Source: Candidatus Dormiibacterota bacterium (GTDB lineage Bacteria; Chloroflexota; Dormibacteria; Aeolococcales; Aeolococcaceae). From it: 64,000 bases of DNA. The stretch is taken from positions 66,109 through 130,108 of the forward strand of contig JBEPVD010000002.1 of the NCBI GenBank assembly GCA_041691155.1, written 5' to 3'. Shown one piece after another: positions 1 to 8,536 of the stretch (the first letter of the stretch is position 1; each line of letters starts with the position of its first letter). The notes under the pieces were generated by a model. It was not told where the DNA came from, did not search any database, and was given only the letters and a program-made list of their open reading frames with translations. The position numbers and the translations under genes are program-made.

Positions 1-240
1 TTGTTCCCGCTCACTTTTGTCAGCTCCGCGTTCGTTCCCATTGCGACCATGCCAGACTGGCTGCAGGCATTTGCGAACAATCAGCCGGTGACACTGGTGA
101 TCAATGCGATGCGCGCGATGGCGCTCGGCGGCCCGCAATTTCCGCTATTCCCGGCGCTGTGGGAGAGCATCGCGTGGCTGGGCGGTGTGCTGCTCGTCTT
201 CACGCCGCTCGCAGTCTGGAGCTACCGCCGGGTCGGCTAG
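1..240 (+). CDS. ABC-2 type transporter permease, C-terminal fragment (5' end outside window)
   Basis: The ORF is open from the window edge. Its hydrophobic tail FVSSAFVPIATMPDWLQAFANNQPVTLVINAMR is typical of ABC-2/DrrB-like permeases. Stop at 238-240. Confidence 0.7.
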   Translation: MFPLTFVSSAFVPIATMPDWLQAFANNQPVTLVINAMRAMALGGPQFPLFPALWESIAWLGGVLLVFTPLAVWSYRRVG

Positions 241-400
241 CAACAGAGGGCCACTTCGCGTCGCGCAGGCATAACCATTGTTGGGCGGGGACGAGATCGA
301 CAGACCGGGCGGCCACACAAGCGCGGTCCCCGCGAGTCATCATGCAACGCAGTCGTGTTCACAGCGCTCTGGGTACGTCCAGGGAGAGAGGAGAAATTCG

Positions 401-2938
401 ATGGGGAGACCCGGTTTTCGTACCCGGACAGGAATTCTGAGTTTTGTGGGCGTCGCGACCATTGCCGTCGCCGCCGGGCCTGGAGCTCCGGCCGCAGCGT
501 CCCGGCCCGCGACCGGCAGTGGCGCACATTCCTTCGCTCAAACCGTCACCACCTCGAATGGGCATGATGAGGACGTCGAAGGAGCTGACGAGCTGAATTC
601 GTTCGCACTCGAACGGACCGCACCCGCTCTCACCGTGCCTGGCAAGGCACTCGCCGCTGCTGAAGCGCAAGCGGCCGCACTTCCCGAAGTTGGCGGCAAC
701 TGGTCGCAACTCACGACCACCCCGGACAACGCCGAGCCAAAGGGTTACACCGATCCCGTGTGGTCCAACGCAGGTGCGGGATTCTCCACCGTGTCGGGTC
801 GAGTCACAGCACTCGCCGCCGACGGGCCAGATGTGTACATGGGGGCAGCCGACGGCGGTGTGTGGCGGTCAACGAACTCCGGCTCAACGTGGGCACCGGT
901 TGACGATCAGATGGGAACGCTGTCGATCGGGGCGCTTGCGGTGAACGCATCGGATCACTCTGTATGGGTAGGAACCGGCGAGGCGAACACCAACGCTGAC
1001 TCCTATGCAGGGCAAGGCGTCTATCGGTTCACTCGCGGATCCAGCACCCTGGTTCGGATCGGCGGTGACGAACTCAGCGGGTTCACCGTATACCGCATTG
1101 TTTTCGATGGTCATGGCACCGTCTACGCAGCGACCAACAGTGGACTCTGGCAGCGTAGTGCTTCCAATTTGACTGCACCCTGGACGCTGGTGCTCAAGCC
1201 GCAGCCGAATCCGACCGACAACCCCTACCTGACCTCATTCATCACCGATGTTGTGGTTCGTCCCGGAACCAACGGCGCTGTGGTGCTGGCGGCCGATGGC
1301 TGGCGTGGCGCCGGCGATCCACCCGCTGACACGTCGTACAACGGGTTCTACCTCTCCACCGACCACGGCACCGCAGGCACATTCCATGAGATCAGGGCTG
1401 CGGGCGCCATCAATAACAAGGACATCGGGCGCGTGACCTTCGGCTACGCGGCCGACGGTTCAAAGCTATACGCCATCATCCAGTCGCCCTCGATGCTGCT
1501 CGCCGGGGACTCGACAGTGCTCCAGGGCATCTTCCTGTCCGCGAACGGCGACCCGAGGGGGCCGTGGACGCTGATCGCCAACTCGGCGAGCTTGTGCGCC
1601 TCGGGCTCCGGCCTGACCTGCCCCTCCACGTACCAACCCGGGGTGCAGGCTTGGTACAACCAGGCGATCGTGGTCGATCCGGCCAATCCCGACCACCTGG
1701 TCGTCGGCCTGGAAGAGCAATATCAGTCCTTCAACGCGGGCGCGACGTGGACGACGATCAGTCCGTACTGGAACTACATCTTCCCGTGTGACGCAAAAGG
1801 CACCTGCCCCCTCGCGACACACCCTGATCAGCATGCCGTTGCTGTGGACGGCAACACGCTCTTCATCGGTAACGACGGTGGCGTCTACGCACGTAACTTC
1901 CAGAATCACGCTCCTCGAGGCGGCTGGACTAATCTCAACAAGTCCATCCACACCCTGCAGTACTACGACGCTGAGGCCGGATACCAGAACGGAAGACTCA
2001 GCGAGTGGGGCGGCCTGCAGGACAATGGAACGACGTTCATCCGCGCCGGCGGCAGCAGCACCTTGACGCCTGCGGGCGGTGACGGTGGCTACGTGATCGT
2101 GAACCCGAACAATGCCCGCGACGCTGTCGGGGAGTACGTGAATATGAACCCGTACCTGACCACCGACGGCGGTCACACATTCACGACGATCACCCCCTCG
2201 TGTGCCGACGCGGTCGGCCCGCCGATCACCAATTGCGATCCCAGTCCTCGGTTCATCGCGCCGCTCGTGACTGACGTGAACAACCCCGATCATTGGGTCA
2301 CCGGCGGCGAGTTCGTCTGGACCGACACAGCCGCATGGCACACGGTATGCGACACCACCAGCTGCGACTGGAGGAACGTGCACGACTCCGGTGCGGGTCA
2401 CTCGATCACCGCGTTGGCGGTGAACGGCTCCGTCACCTACGCCGCGTGGTGCGGTCCGTGCAACCCGGGCGGTGCTGCGCCGTTCGCCTCAGGGATCGAC
2501 ACGAACTACGGCGGTACGTGGCACACCATCAACGTGTCCCACCTGCCCAACCGCTACATCGCCGGGTTGACCGTCGACCCGAGCAATCCCGCTCACATCT
2601 ACGTCGTCTACAACGGCTACTCGCGGCACTGGATTCTGGGTGGTGGCACTGGTCACCTCTTCGAGTCACAGAACGGCGGCGGAAATTGGACCGACATCTC
2701 CGGCAATCTGCCTGACGTCCCCAGTGACGCGCTTGTTTTGTCGCACGGGATGCTGGCGCTTGGCACGGATATCGGCGCTTTCCTGGCAAAGGCCGGCGAT
2801 GGCCACGGCACGACGTGGGCCAGACTCGGAAACAACCTGCCGAATTCCGCAGTCGATGACCTTCGCCTCGATCCGGACGGCCACACATTGCTCGCTGCGA
2901 CGCACGGTCGCGGACTCTGGTCGATCAAATTGCCGTAA
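401..2938 (+). CDS. secreted BNR/Asp-box repeat beta-propeller protein (sialidase / VPS10 / GH74-like fold)
   Basis: ATG 401 lies inside the 278..2938 ORF and is preceded by GGAGAGAGGAG. Signal-like segment ILSFVGVATIAVAAGPGAPAAAS. Asp-box motifs (S-x-D-x-G-x-T-W type): STNSGSTW, SFNAGATW, TTDGGHTF, SQNGGGNW. Confidence 0.8.
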   Translation: MGRPGFRTRTGILSFVGVATIAVAAGPGAPAAASRPATGSGAHSFAQTVTTSNGHDEDVEGADELNSFALERTAPALTVPGKALAAAEAQAAALPEVGGNWSQLTTTPDNAEPKGYTDPVWSNAGAGFSTVSGRVTALAADGPDVYMGAADGGVWRSTNSGSTWAPVDDQMGTLSIGALAVNASDHSVWVGTGEANTNADSYAGQGVYRFTRGSSTLVRIGGDELSGFTVYRIVFDGHGTVYAATNSGLWQRSASNLTAPWTLVLKPQPNPTDNPYLTSFITDVVVRPGTNGAVVLAADGWRGAGDPPADTSYNGFYLSTDHGTAGTFHEIRAAGAINNKDIGRVTFGYAADGSKLYAIIQSPSMLLAGDSTVLQGIFLSANGDPRGPWTLIANSASLCASGSGLTCPSTYQPGVQAWYNQAIVVDPANPDHLVVGLEEQYQSFNAGATWTTISPYWNYIFPCDAKGTCPLATHPDQHAVAVDGNTLFIGNDGGVYARNFQNHAPRGGWTNLNKSIHTLQYYDAEAGYQNGRLSEWGGLQDNGTTFIRAGGSSTLTPAGGDGGYVIVNPNNARDAVGEYVNMNPYLTTDGGHTFTTITPSCADAVGPPITNCDPSPRFIAPLVTDVNNPDHWVTGGEFVWTDTAAWHTVCDTTSCDWRNVHDSGAGHSITALAVNGSVTYAAWCGPCNPGGAAPFASGIDTNYGGTWHTINVSHLPNRYIAGLTVDPSNPAHIYVVYNGYSRHWILGGGTGHLFESQNGGGNWTDISGNLPDVPSDALVLSHGMLALGTDIGAFLAKAGDGHGTTWARLGNNLPNSAVDDLRLDPDGHTLLAATHGRGLWSIKLP

Positions 2939-2947
2939 CCCTCGGGT

Positions 2948-2975
2948 GAGGGTCCGGTCTCAGGGCCGGACCCTC
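2948..2975 (+). terminator. hairpin terminator candidate after the BNR gene
   Basis: gagggtccgg(tc tcag gg)ccggaccctc: a 10-12 bp GC-rich stem starting 10 nt after the stop codon. There is only a weak T tract. Confidence 0.5.
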
Positions 2976-3092
2976 AGTTCGCGGGAGAGGTTGCATGGTC
3001 GCGTGCGAGCAACCCACCGGCGTACTCCCGGATGCCGGTTCGCTAGCGCTCCACACTTCGCATCAACATCCGAATTGGAAACGTAACAACAG

Positions 3093-4757
3093 ATGGGGGT
3101 ACACAACACAATGCGTAGGGTTCTTATTGGCGTCGTAGCTGGGATTGCGGGAATGGGGCTTGCAGCGCCTTTCTCGACCCACGGCGCCGGCGCAGCCTCG
3201 ACAACCAAGGTCTATGCACCGGCAACGCTTGGCGTGGTCGCACCCACGACCGGCCCGGCCGGCCAGGCGCCCGCACAGGCCTTTCACGGGCAAAAAGGCG
3301 CTCGCTCGCTGGCGACGTCGAACCGGGGCGCGGCGTCTGCCGCAGCCACAACCAACGCTGCCGCCGTCACCTCGACAGCGTCCAGTGTGCTGCAGAACTT
3401 CAACGGCACCAGCAGCAACGACAGCCGGCTCGCCAACTTCAACCAGGAGTTCCAGCCGCCGGACCAGGGCTTGTGCGTCGGCAACGGCAACGTTCTCGAG
3501 CCCGTGAACTCGGCCTACCGGATCTTCAACGTGCACGGCAAAACGCTGGTCGGCCCGACCAACGTCAACGACCTGTTTGACCAGGGGTCAGCGCAATTCA
3601 CGAGCGATCCGCGTTGCTACTACGACCCGACCACCAACACGTGGTTCGCCACGATTCTCTTCCTCAGCGGTGGTGAGAATCCGGACGGTGTGTCGTCGCA
3701 GCTGGATATCGCGGTGAACTCCACGGGCAACCCCGAAAACCTCTGGACGCAATACGAGATCGACACCACCAACGCCGGCGGCAATGGCTGCCCGTGCTTT
3801 GGTGATCAGCCGACACTCGGTATCGACCAGAACAATCTGTACGTCACGACCAATGAGTTCTCGATCTTCGGCCCGCAGTTCAATGGAGCACAGATCTACG
3901 CCATCTCGAAAAGTGATCTGGTTGCGGGCGTCTCGGCGCACTTCGCGCATTTCGGCCACCTCCGGATCGCCAGTGGCCTCGCCGCCTCGGTACAACCTGC
4001 GCTCAGCACCGGTAGCCCGAATGCCGAGTACTTCTTGAGCTCGCAGAACTCACAGGGCGGCGTGCATGACGGCTCTAACGGTCAGAGCCCGCAGATCGGC
4101 GTCTGGGCAATGACCAACCGGACCGCTCTCCAGCACGGGCATTCGCCGGTCCTCTCAAGCACGCTGATCACCTCGGAGGCGTACGGCCAACCGCCTGCCT
4201 CTGCGCAGAAGGGAGCGACCAGCACGATCGACTCCGGTGACGATCGCATGCAGCAGACCCAGTTCATCAACGGCAGCATCTGGGGAGAGCTGACCACCGC
4301 CGTCACCATCAACGGAGACCCGACGACGCGGGCCGGAGCTGCATGGTTCGACGTCCAGCCCTCACTCAGTGGCAATCACATCGGCAGTTCGTCGATGGCC
4401 AACCAAGGCTACGTCACGCTCTCCGGAAACAACGTGATCTATCCCGCGATTCAGGCGCTGCCGTCCGGCGCTGCCGCCATGGTATTCGCCGTCACCGGCC
4501 CGAACCATTTCCCGAGCGCTGCCTACGCGGCTCTCGGGGCGGGACAGTCTTCGTTTGGACCAATCCACGTCGTCGCTGACGGTACGGGTCTGTACGCGAA
4601 GACATCCACCCGTTGGGGCGACTACTCATGGGCGGTCATGGATCCGTCGGGGAACGGCGTGTGGTTCGCAACCGAGTACATGCCTCCGCTCTCCAGCCAA
4701 ACCCCCGATCGTCACAGCAACTGGGGCACGCGTGTGTTCGAGGTATCCGTCGGGTAA
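3093..4757 (+). CDS. secreted hypothetical protein (propeller-like, family not identified)
   Basis: 554-aa ORF (alternative ATG at 3111). Signal peptide RRVLIGVVAGIAGMGLAAPFSTHGAGA. C-terminal RWGDYSWAVMDP...WFATEY motif. High GC3. Confidence 0.75.
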   Translation: MGVHNTMRRVLIGVVAGIAGMGLAAPFSTHGAGAASTTKVYAPATLGVVAPTTGPAGQAPAQAFHGQKGARSLATSNRGAASAAATTNAAAVTSTASSVLQNFNGTSSNDSRLANFNQEFQPPDQGLCVGNGNVLEPVNSAYRIFNVHGKTLVGPTNVNDLFDQGSAQFTSDPRCYYDPTTNTWFATILFLSGGENPDGVSSQLDIAVNSTGNPENLWTQYEIDTTNAGGNGCPCFGDQPTLGIDQNNLYVTTNEFSIFGPQFNGAQIYAISKSDLVAGVSAHFAHFGHLRIASGLAASVQPALSTGSPNAEYFLSSQNSQGGVHDGSNGQSPQIGVWAMTNRTALQHGHSPVLSSTLITSEAYGQPPASAQKGATSTIDSGDDRMQQTQFINGSIWGELTTAVTINGDPTTRAGAAWFDVQPSLSGNHIGSSSMANQGYVTLSGNNVIYPAIQALPSGAAAMVFAVTGPNHFPSAAYAALGAGQSSFGPIHVVADGTGLYAKTSTRWGDYSWAVMDPSGNGVWFATEYMPPLSSQTPDRHSNWGTRVFEVSVG

Positions 4758-4782
4758 CCCCTGACGATATCGTCTGATCAAA

Positions 4783-4824
4783 CATGGGCCGGGCGCCGAC
4801 CGCCGTCGACGCGCCCGGCCCATG
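4783..4824 (+). terminator. long inverted repeat downstream of 3093..4757
   Basis: catgggccgggcg (4783-4795) pairs perfectly with cgcccggcccatg (4812-4824), leaving a 16-nt loop. Confidence 0.4.
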
Positions 4825-5023
4825 GCGTTCGCCGGGTGCCGAGAAGAGCGCGCGAGACGCGCGTGGCAGCCATCTGCCGAAGAGCAGTGCTGGACAAACG
4901 ACAGTGCCACCAGCCCCATCAAAGATGAGCCCGCGCAATCTGCGGCCCAACACCGCATGGGCAACTGACATCGCGCTGGGCAGTGGCACGGGCTATCGAG
5001 GACGCGAGTGCTAGCCTTGATCC

Positions 5024-5227
5024 ATGAGCGACGCGCACCTGAACGCTGAAGAGACGAAAGCTGTTGACGACGTCACGCGAGAGGCGAGCGTTGCGATCAG
5101 GCACGGCCGGATGCGCGCCGTCACGTCGTTGCTCTGGGTTCTCGGCATCGGGGTGGTCGTAGGCGCCGCCGCAGCGTTGCGAGAGCGGCGCGCACAACGA
5201 CCGGCAGCGGCCCGGGCTTCCGACTAG
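5024..5227 (+). CDS. small single-pass membrane protein (hypothetical)
   Basis: 67-aa ORF with one hydrophobic segment (LLWVLGIGVVVGAAAAL) followed by a basic tail. Moderate GC3 and no clear RBS. Confidence 0.35.
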   Translation: MSDAHLNAEETKAVDDVTREASVAIRHGRMRAVTSLLWVLGIGVVVGAAAALRERRAQRPAAARASD

Positions 5228-5344
5228 GCGATCGCCCTACCCCTCCGCGAAGCCCAGGTCGTCGACCGGGCCGGTGTCCCGAATGTGTTTCAAACGCGGC
5301 TAGGGTCGCCCCTGCTTCTGGGTGAACGCAAGGCGCGTTCCCGG

Positions 5345-5722
5345 CTACGCACGAGCGCGAACCAGAAGGAACGTCACCAGGTAGAACGCGCCGCCTATCA
5401 CGCACGCCTCAGTCCAGGGTCCCATGTGGACACCGTGTGCTTGCTCGATGACCGACCCCACCACGGCGGCGACGGCCGCCACGTTGAGGACGATGTTGCT
5501 GGTGATCAGCGCGACCTGGGCGCCCCGCTCGTCTGCATCTCCCCGGACGGTACGGAGAAAGTCGCTTCGGCCACCCACGGCGAGGACCAGGGCAAAGACC
5601 ATCGAGATGCTGAACGCCCACGCCCCGTCCGCCGCGTGATTCCACAGTACCGATAAAGCCAGCGTCGTCACACCGAAGACGACGAATAGGCCAGACCCGA
5701 TCCAGCTACGTGCGTGCGTCAT
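5345..5722 (-). CDS. four-TM membrane protein co-transcribed with an XRE regulator
   Basis: ATG at 5720-5722 (MTHARSWIGSGLFVVFG) overlaps the 3' end of the upstream HTH gene. Four hydrophobic segments. Confidence 0.65.
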   Translation of the reverse strand: MTHARSWIGSGLFVVFGVTTLALSVLWNHAADGAWAFSISMVFALVLAVGGRSDFLRTVRGDADERGAQVALITSNIVLNVAAVAAVVGSVIEQAHGVHMGPWTEACVIGGAFYLVTFLLVRARA

Positions 5723-5903
5723 GAAACACCTCCTCCACTGCTCGGTTGAACAACCTGGCCAGAGCAAACGCCAGCGGAAGGGACGGGATATACCGCCCAA
5801 CCTCGATCGAGTTGATGGTCTGTCGCGAGACGCTCACACGTTCCGCCAATTGCGCTTGGGACAAACTCGCGGCGCGACGCAGTTCGCGTATTCGGTTATC
5901 CAT
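5706..5903 (-). CDS. XRE-family (YozG-like) helix-turn-helix transcriptional regulator
   Basis: MDNRIRELRRAASLSQAQLAERVSVSRQTINSIEVGRYIPSLPLAFALARLF is a canonical short XRE HTH. ATG at 5901-5903 (a TTG at 5912 is also possible). Confidence 0.85.
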   Translation of the reverse strand: MDNRIRELRRAASLSQAQLAERVSVSRQTINSIEVGRYIPSLPLAFALARLFNRAVEEVFHDART

Positions 5904-5950
5904 GGATGTCAAGGTAACTTGTCATCGCTCGGATGTCAAGCGTGCTTGTC
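5904..5950 (-). promoter_or_regulatory. two copies of GGATGTCAAG-N4-CTTGTC directly upstream of the XRE gene start (operator candidates)
   Basis: Copy 1 at 5904-5923 and copy 2 at 5931-5950, with 27-bp periodicity. Copy 1 abuts the start codon. Confidence 0.35.
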
Positions 5951-6137
5951 TTTAGGCATTGCCGGGCGGCGCTCAGGGGCGTCCGCGTTCCGCTCGACTC
6001 TGGCGGGACTTGATAGTGCTACTATCATGAATCGTGAGTGTCCTAGAACCAACCAGCCAAGCCCACGGACTACGAACGACGGTCGCCGACGATCCTGATG
6101 GAGGCCGTCACGTCATCAGCCAGACAGCGAGCCGGCC

Positions 6138-7169
6138 ATGGTGAAGCGAATCACGTCGTCGCGCCCGGTTCAGGTCGTCATGGCCTATGGTCAGAGTCAG
6201 GGCGGCAATTACGCGGCGAGTCTCGCGTACAACGGCTTCCTCTCCATGTTCCCGCTCATCCTCGGCATGCTGTCGATCGTCGGATTTCTCATCACCGATC
6301 CGGCGACGCAGAAGACGATCTATGCCGACATCGTCTCGGTGTTCCCGGGTGACGCACACGCGCAAATTCTGCGCGCTCTCGTAAACGTCAAGCACAATGC
6401 GGGGCTTCTCGGGATTCTGGCGGTTCTCGGTTTGCTGTGGAGCGGCACGGGCTTGTTTGCATCCATGGAGTTCGCGCTGACCGAGATCTTCGGAACCAAG
6501 CAGCGAGACATGCTCCGGCAACGCCTGATGGGCATCATCATGATGCTGGTCTTCATCGCCGCGGTCCTCTTCGTTGTCGCGGCGAACAGCGCGCTCGCAG
6601 CGTCCGCAGGCGCAGGCATCCTCGGGACCGCTGCCGGTGCGATCGTGCTCGTCGGACTCATGATCGCCATCTACCGGTTCGTGCCCAATCGGACGTTTGC
6701 CCTCAAGGACATCTGGCCGGGAGCGGTGCTTGCCGGCGTGATGATTGAGCTGTTCTCGTTGCTCTTTCCCCTCTACGCGAAGGTTTCCAACGGGTTCGGG
6801 ACGTACGGCCAGCAGTTCGCACTCTTTTTCCTCCTCGCCACCTGGCTTGGATTTCTCTGCCAGTTCATTCTCCTCGGCGCCGTCTTCAACAAGATGCGTT
6901 TGGGCGTTCCCAACAAAGAAGGAATCGTGGCGTCACCTGCCGCAGCGAGCCGCGCGCACAAGGCTCCGGGTGACGCGATCGACGAGCAGAAGCGCCAACC
7001 GCACATGCGCGACCAGTCCGCCGGCCCGCAGAGCACAATCGCCGCGGGCGACTCCCGCCCCGGTGCATTCAAGGTCGGCATGGCGTTAGGTGCCTGTATC
7101 GGAGCCGCCACCATAGGAACGCTTGCGCTGCGTTTCCGTGCGTCCTCCGGCGCGACCGTGCGGCGATGA
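6138..7169 (+). CDS. YihY/BrkB family membrane protein
   Basis: N-terminal GGNYAASLAYNGFLSMFPLILG signature plus six or more hydrophobic segments. 343 aa. Confidence 0.85.
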   Translation: MVKRITSSRPVQVVMAYGQSQGGNYAASLAYNGFLSMFPLILGMLSIVGFLITDPATQKTIYADIVSVFPGDAHAQILRALVNVKHNAGLLGILAVLGLLWSGTGLFASMEFALTEIFGTKQRDMLRQRLMGIIMMLVFIAAVLFVVAANSALAASAGAGILGTAAGAIVLVGLMIAIYRFVPNRTFALKDIWPGAVLAGVMIELFSLLFPLYAKVSNGFGTYGQQFALFFLLATWLGFLCQFILLGAVFNKMRLGVPNKEGIVASPAAASRAHKAPGDAIDEQKRQPHMRDQSAGPQSTIAAGDSRPGAFKVGMALGACIGAATIGTLALRFRASSGATVRR

Positions 7170-7369
7170 CAACGCTGCCTGGCAAGCCCTTTCCGCTCGG
7201 CGCCACGCCGCTGGCAGAGGGTGTGAACTTTGCCCTAGCCTCCGAGGTCGCGGATGCGGTGGAGGTCCGTCTGTTCGATGGCGATGGGTCGGAAAGCCGC
7301 GTCGAAACTTCCGGAGCGAACCGCTCATGTCTTTCATGGTCATGGTTCCCTGGATATGCCTGCCATTGA
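7166..7369 (+). pseudogene. N-terminal remnant of a second GlgX/TreX-type debranching enzyme (CBM48 region only)
   Basis: GKPFPLGATPLAEGVNFALASEVADAVEVRLFDGDGSE aligns with the intact GlgX in this window ([34 protein letters not shown]). The ORF stops after 67 codons. An ATGA overlap joins it to the yihY stop. Confidence 0.6.
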
Positions 7370-7553
7370 CGCAATCGCGCTCCTGAAAGCTGACCATCGC
7401 AGGGTCGAAGACCTTTTCAAGAAATTCGAGAAGGTTGGTGAGCGTGCCCTGCGGCCCGATCGAACGCCCCATCGCGAGCGCTGCCAACGGCACCCGATAC
7501 CCCAAAGGGCGAGACGAGCACCCCGGCAGCGCGTCGTTAGGGCAGGCTTCTAG
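7356..7553 (+). pseudogene. N-terminal remnant of a hemerythrin (HHE) domain protein
   Basis: MPAIDAIALLKADHRRVEDLFKKFEKVGE matches the hemerythrin-domain N-terminus. The remaining ~35 codons are Arg/Pro-rich and carry no further HHE motifs. Confidence 0.5.
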
Positions 7554-7617
7554 AGGAAGCACGTTCTGGCGTCGGGGGAGGCCGCCGCAGCACTGTCGCA
7601 CCTGGCGAGTGCCGCGG

Positions 7618-8355
7618 TCAGTCGTCACCCGTGAACGGCTGCGGTATGCCTGCAATCACGCCGGTCGCGTAGCGCACGCGATCGGTGCCGGGCGCGTACA
7701 CCGTGACCGTGCCCGCCCCGAGGCAGTGCCACGTGCCCGACCGCCAAAGCGCGCAGGTCCGCTCATCGATGCCGATGAGCGCGGCCGCGGGAAGCGCCGC
7801 GCGTGCGGATGGGAACCACTTTTCGCCGAACGTGTCGTGATGAGGGAGCACCGCCGCATCCGGAACCACCGCGAGGCCGGGAGCGGAACGGCGCTCGGTG
7901 TGGCCGGGAAAGGCCTGACGTACCAGCGTCTGCGCGCATAGGGCCATTGCTCCCGCCGATGATCCCGCGAGCGGTGCTCCACTGCGCCATGCCGCGATCA
8001 TTGCGGTGCCCACAGGGGTCTCACGAAGCACCGATGCCACCAATCCGGGATCACCTCCCGCGATGTAGAAGAAGCCGGCGCCCACGACGGCATCGGCGAG
8101 CGCCTGGTCGGTCGCTTGCCGTTTGGTGTAGACCGAGAGCTCGGTCAACTCGAGGCCGAACTGTCGGAACCAGCGGCAAGCCTGCTGCACCACCATCTCC
8201 GGCCGGGACCTCGCCGCGGCGGTAGCGACGACATACGCCTGCCTCGCGGCGCGCGCCGCCGAAGCAAGGACCTCGTCCTGCGGCTCGTTGCCTGGATGGA
8301 ACTCATCGCCCCCGGTGAGTCCGAGTGGGCCCGCCTGGTGCAGGGTGCCGTCCAT
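7618..8355 (-). CDS. peptidase S51 / cyanophycinase-like (type 1 glutamine amidotransferase-like) protein
   Basis: GFFYIAGGDPGLV and the nucleophile motif PLAGSSAGAMAL. ATG at 8353-8355 is chosen inside the longer 7618..8646 ORF. Confidence 0.72.
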   Translation of the reverse strand: MDGTLHQAGPLGLTGGDEFHPGNEPQDEVLASAARAARQAYVVATAAARSRPEMVVQQACRWFRQFGLELTELSVYTKRQATDQALADAVVGAGFFYIAGGDPGLVASVLRETPVGTAMIAAWRSGAPLAGSSAGAMALCAQTLVRQAFPGHTERRSAPGLAVVPDAAVLPHHDTFGEKWFPSARAALPAAALIGIDERTCALWRSGTWHCLGAGTVTVYAPGTDRVRYATGVIAGIPQPFTGDD

Positions 8356-8536
8356 GAGGCGATCATGCCCAACCCAGACGAGCGACCGCCCCAGCTTTTC
8401 TAGGCGCTCCGCCCGCGCGCCAGAGTGCTCGAACCCTCCTACCTGTGCAAACGGTCTACGGAAAGTGCACAATTCCGGCCACTCGGGAACCGGCCATGGA
8501 TGCCGGAGCATTCCACGGGAAGCGGAGGTACGGGGT

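Noticed and set aside
1466-2401. Long antisense or overlapping ORFs in the six-frame track. Examples: 1466..2401(-), 8753..10177(-), 22260..23996(+), 24158..25288(+), 29850..31037(-), 44982..46349(+), 46331..47542(+), 61580..62518(+).
   Set aside because: These are shadow ORFs, as expected in high-GC DNA. Each lies fully inside a gene with clear family motifs on the other strand or frame, and their translations are Arg/Pro/Gly/Ala-rich with no recognisable domains.
7435-7941. The 168-aa plus-strand ORF and the 189-aa minus-strand ORF 7086..7655, which cover the decayed region between yihY and the S51 gene.
   Set aside because: Their translations are Arg/Pro-rich with no motifs. They overlap the recognisable GlgX and hemerythrin stumps and the S51 gene.
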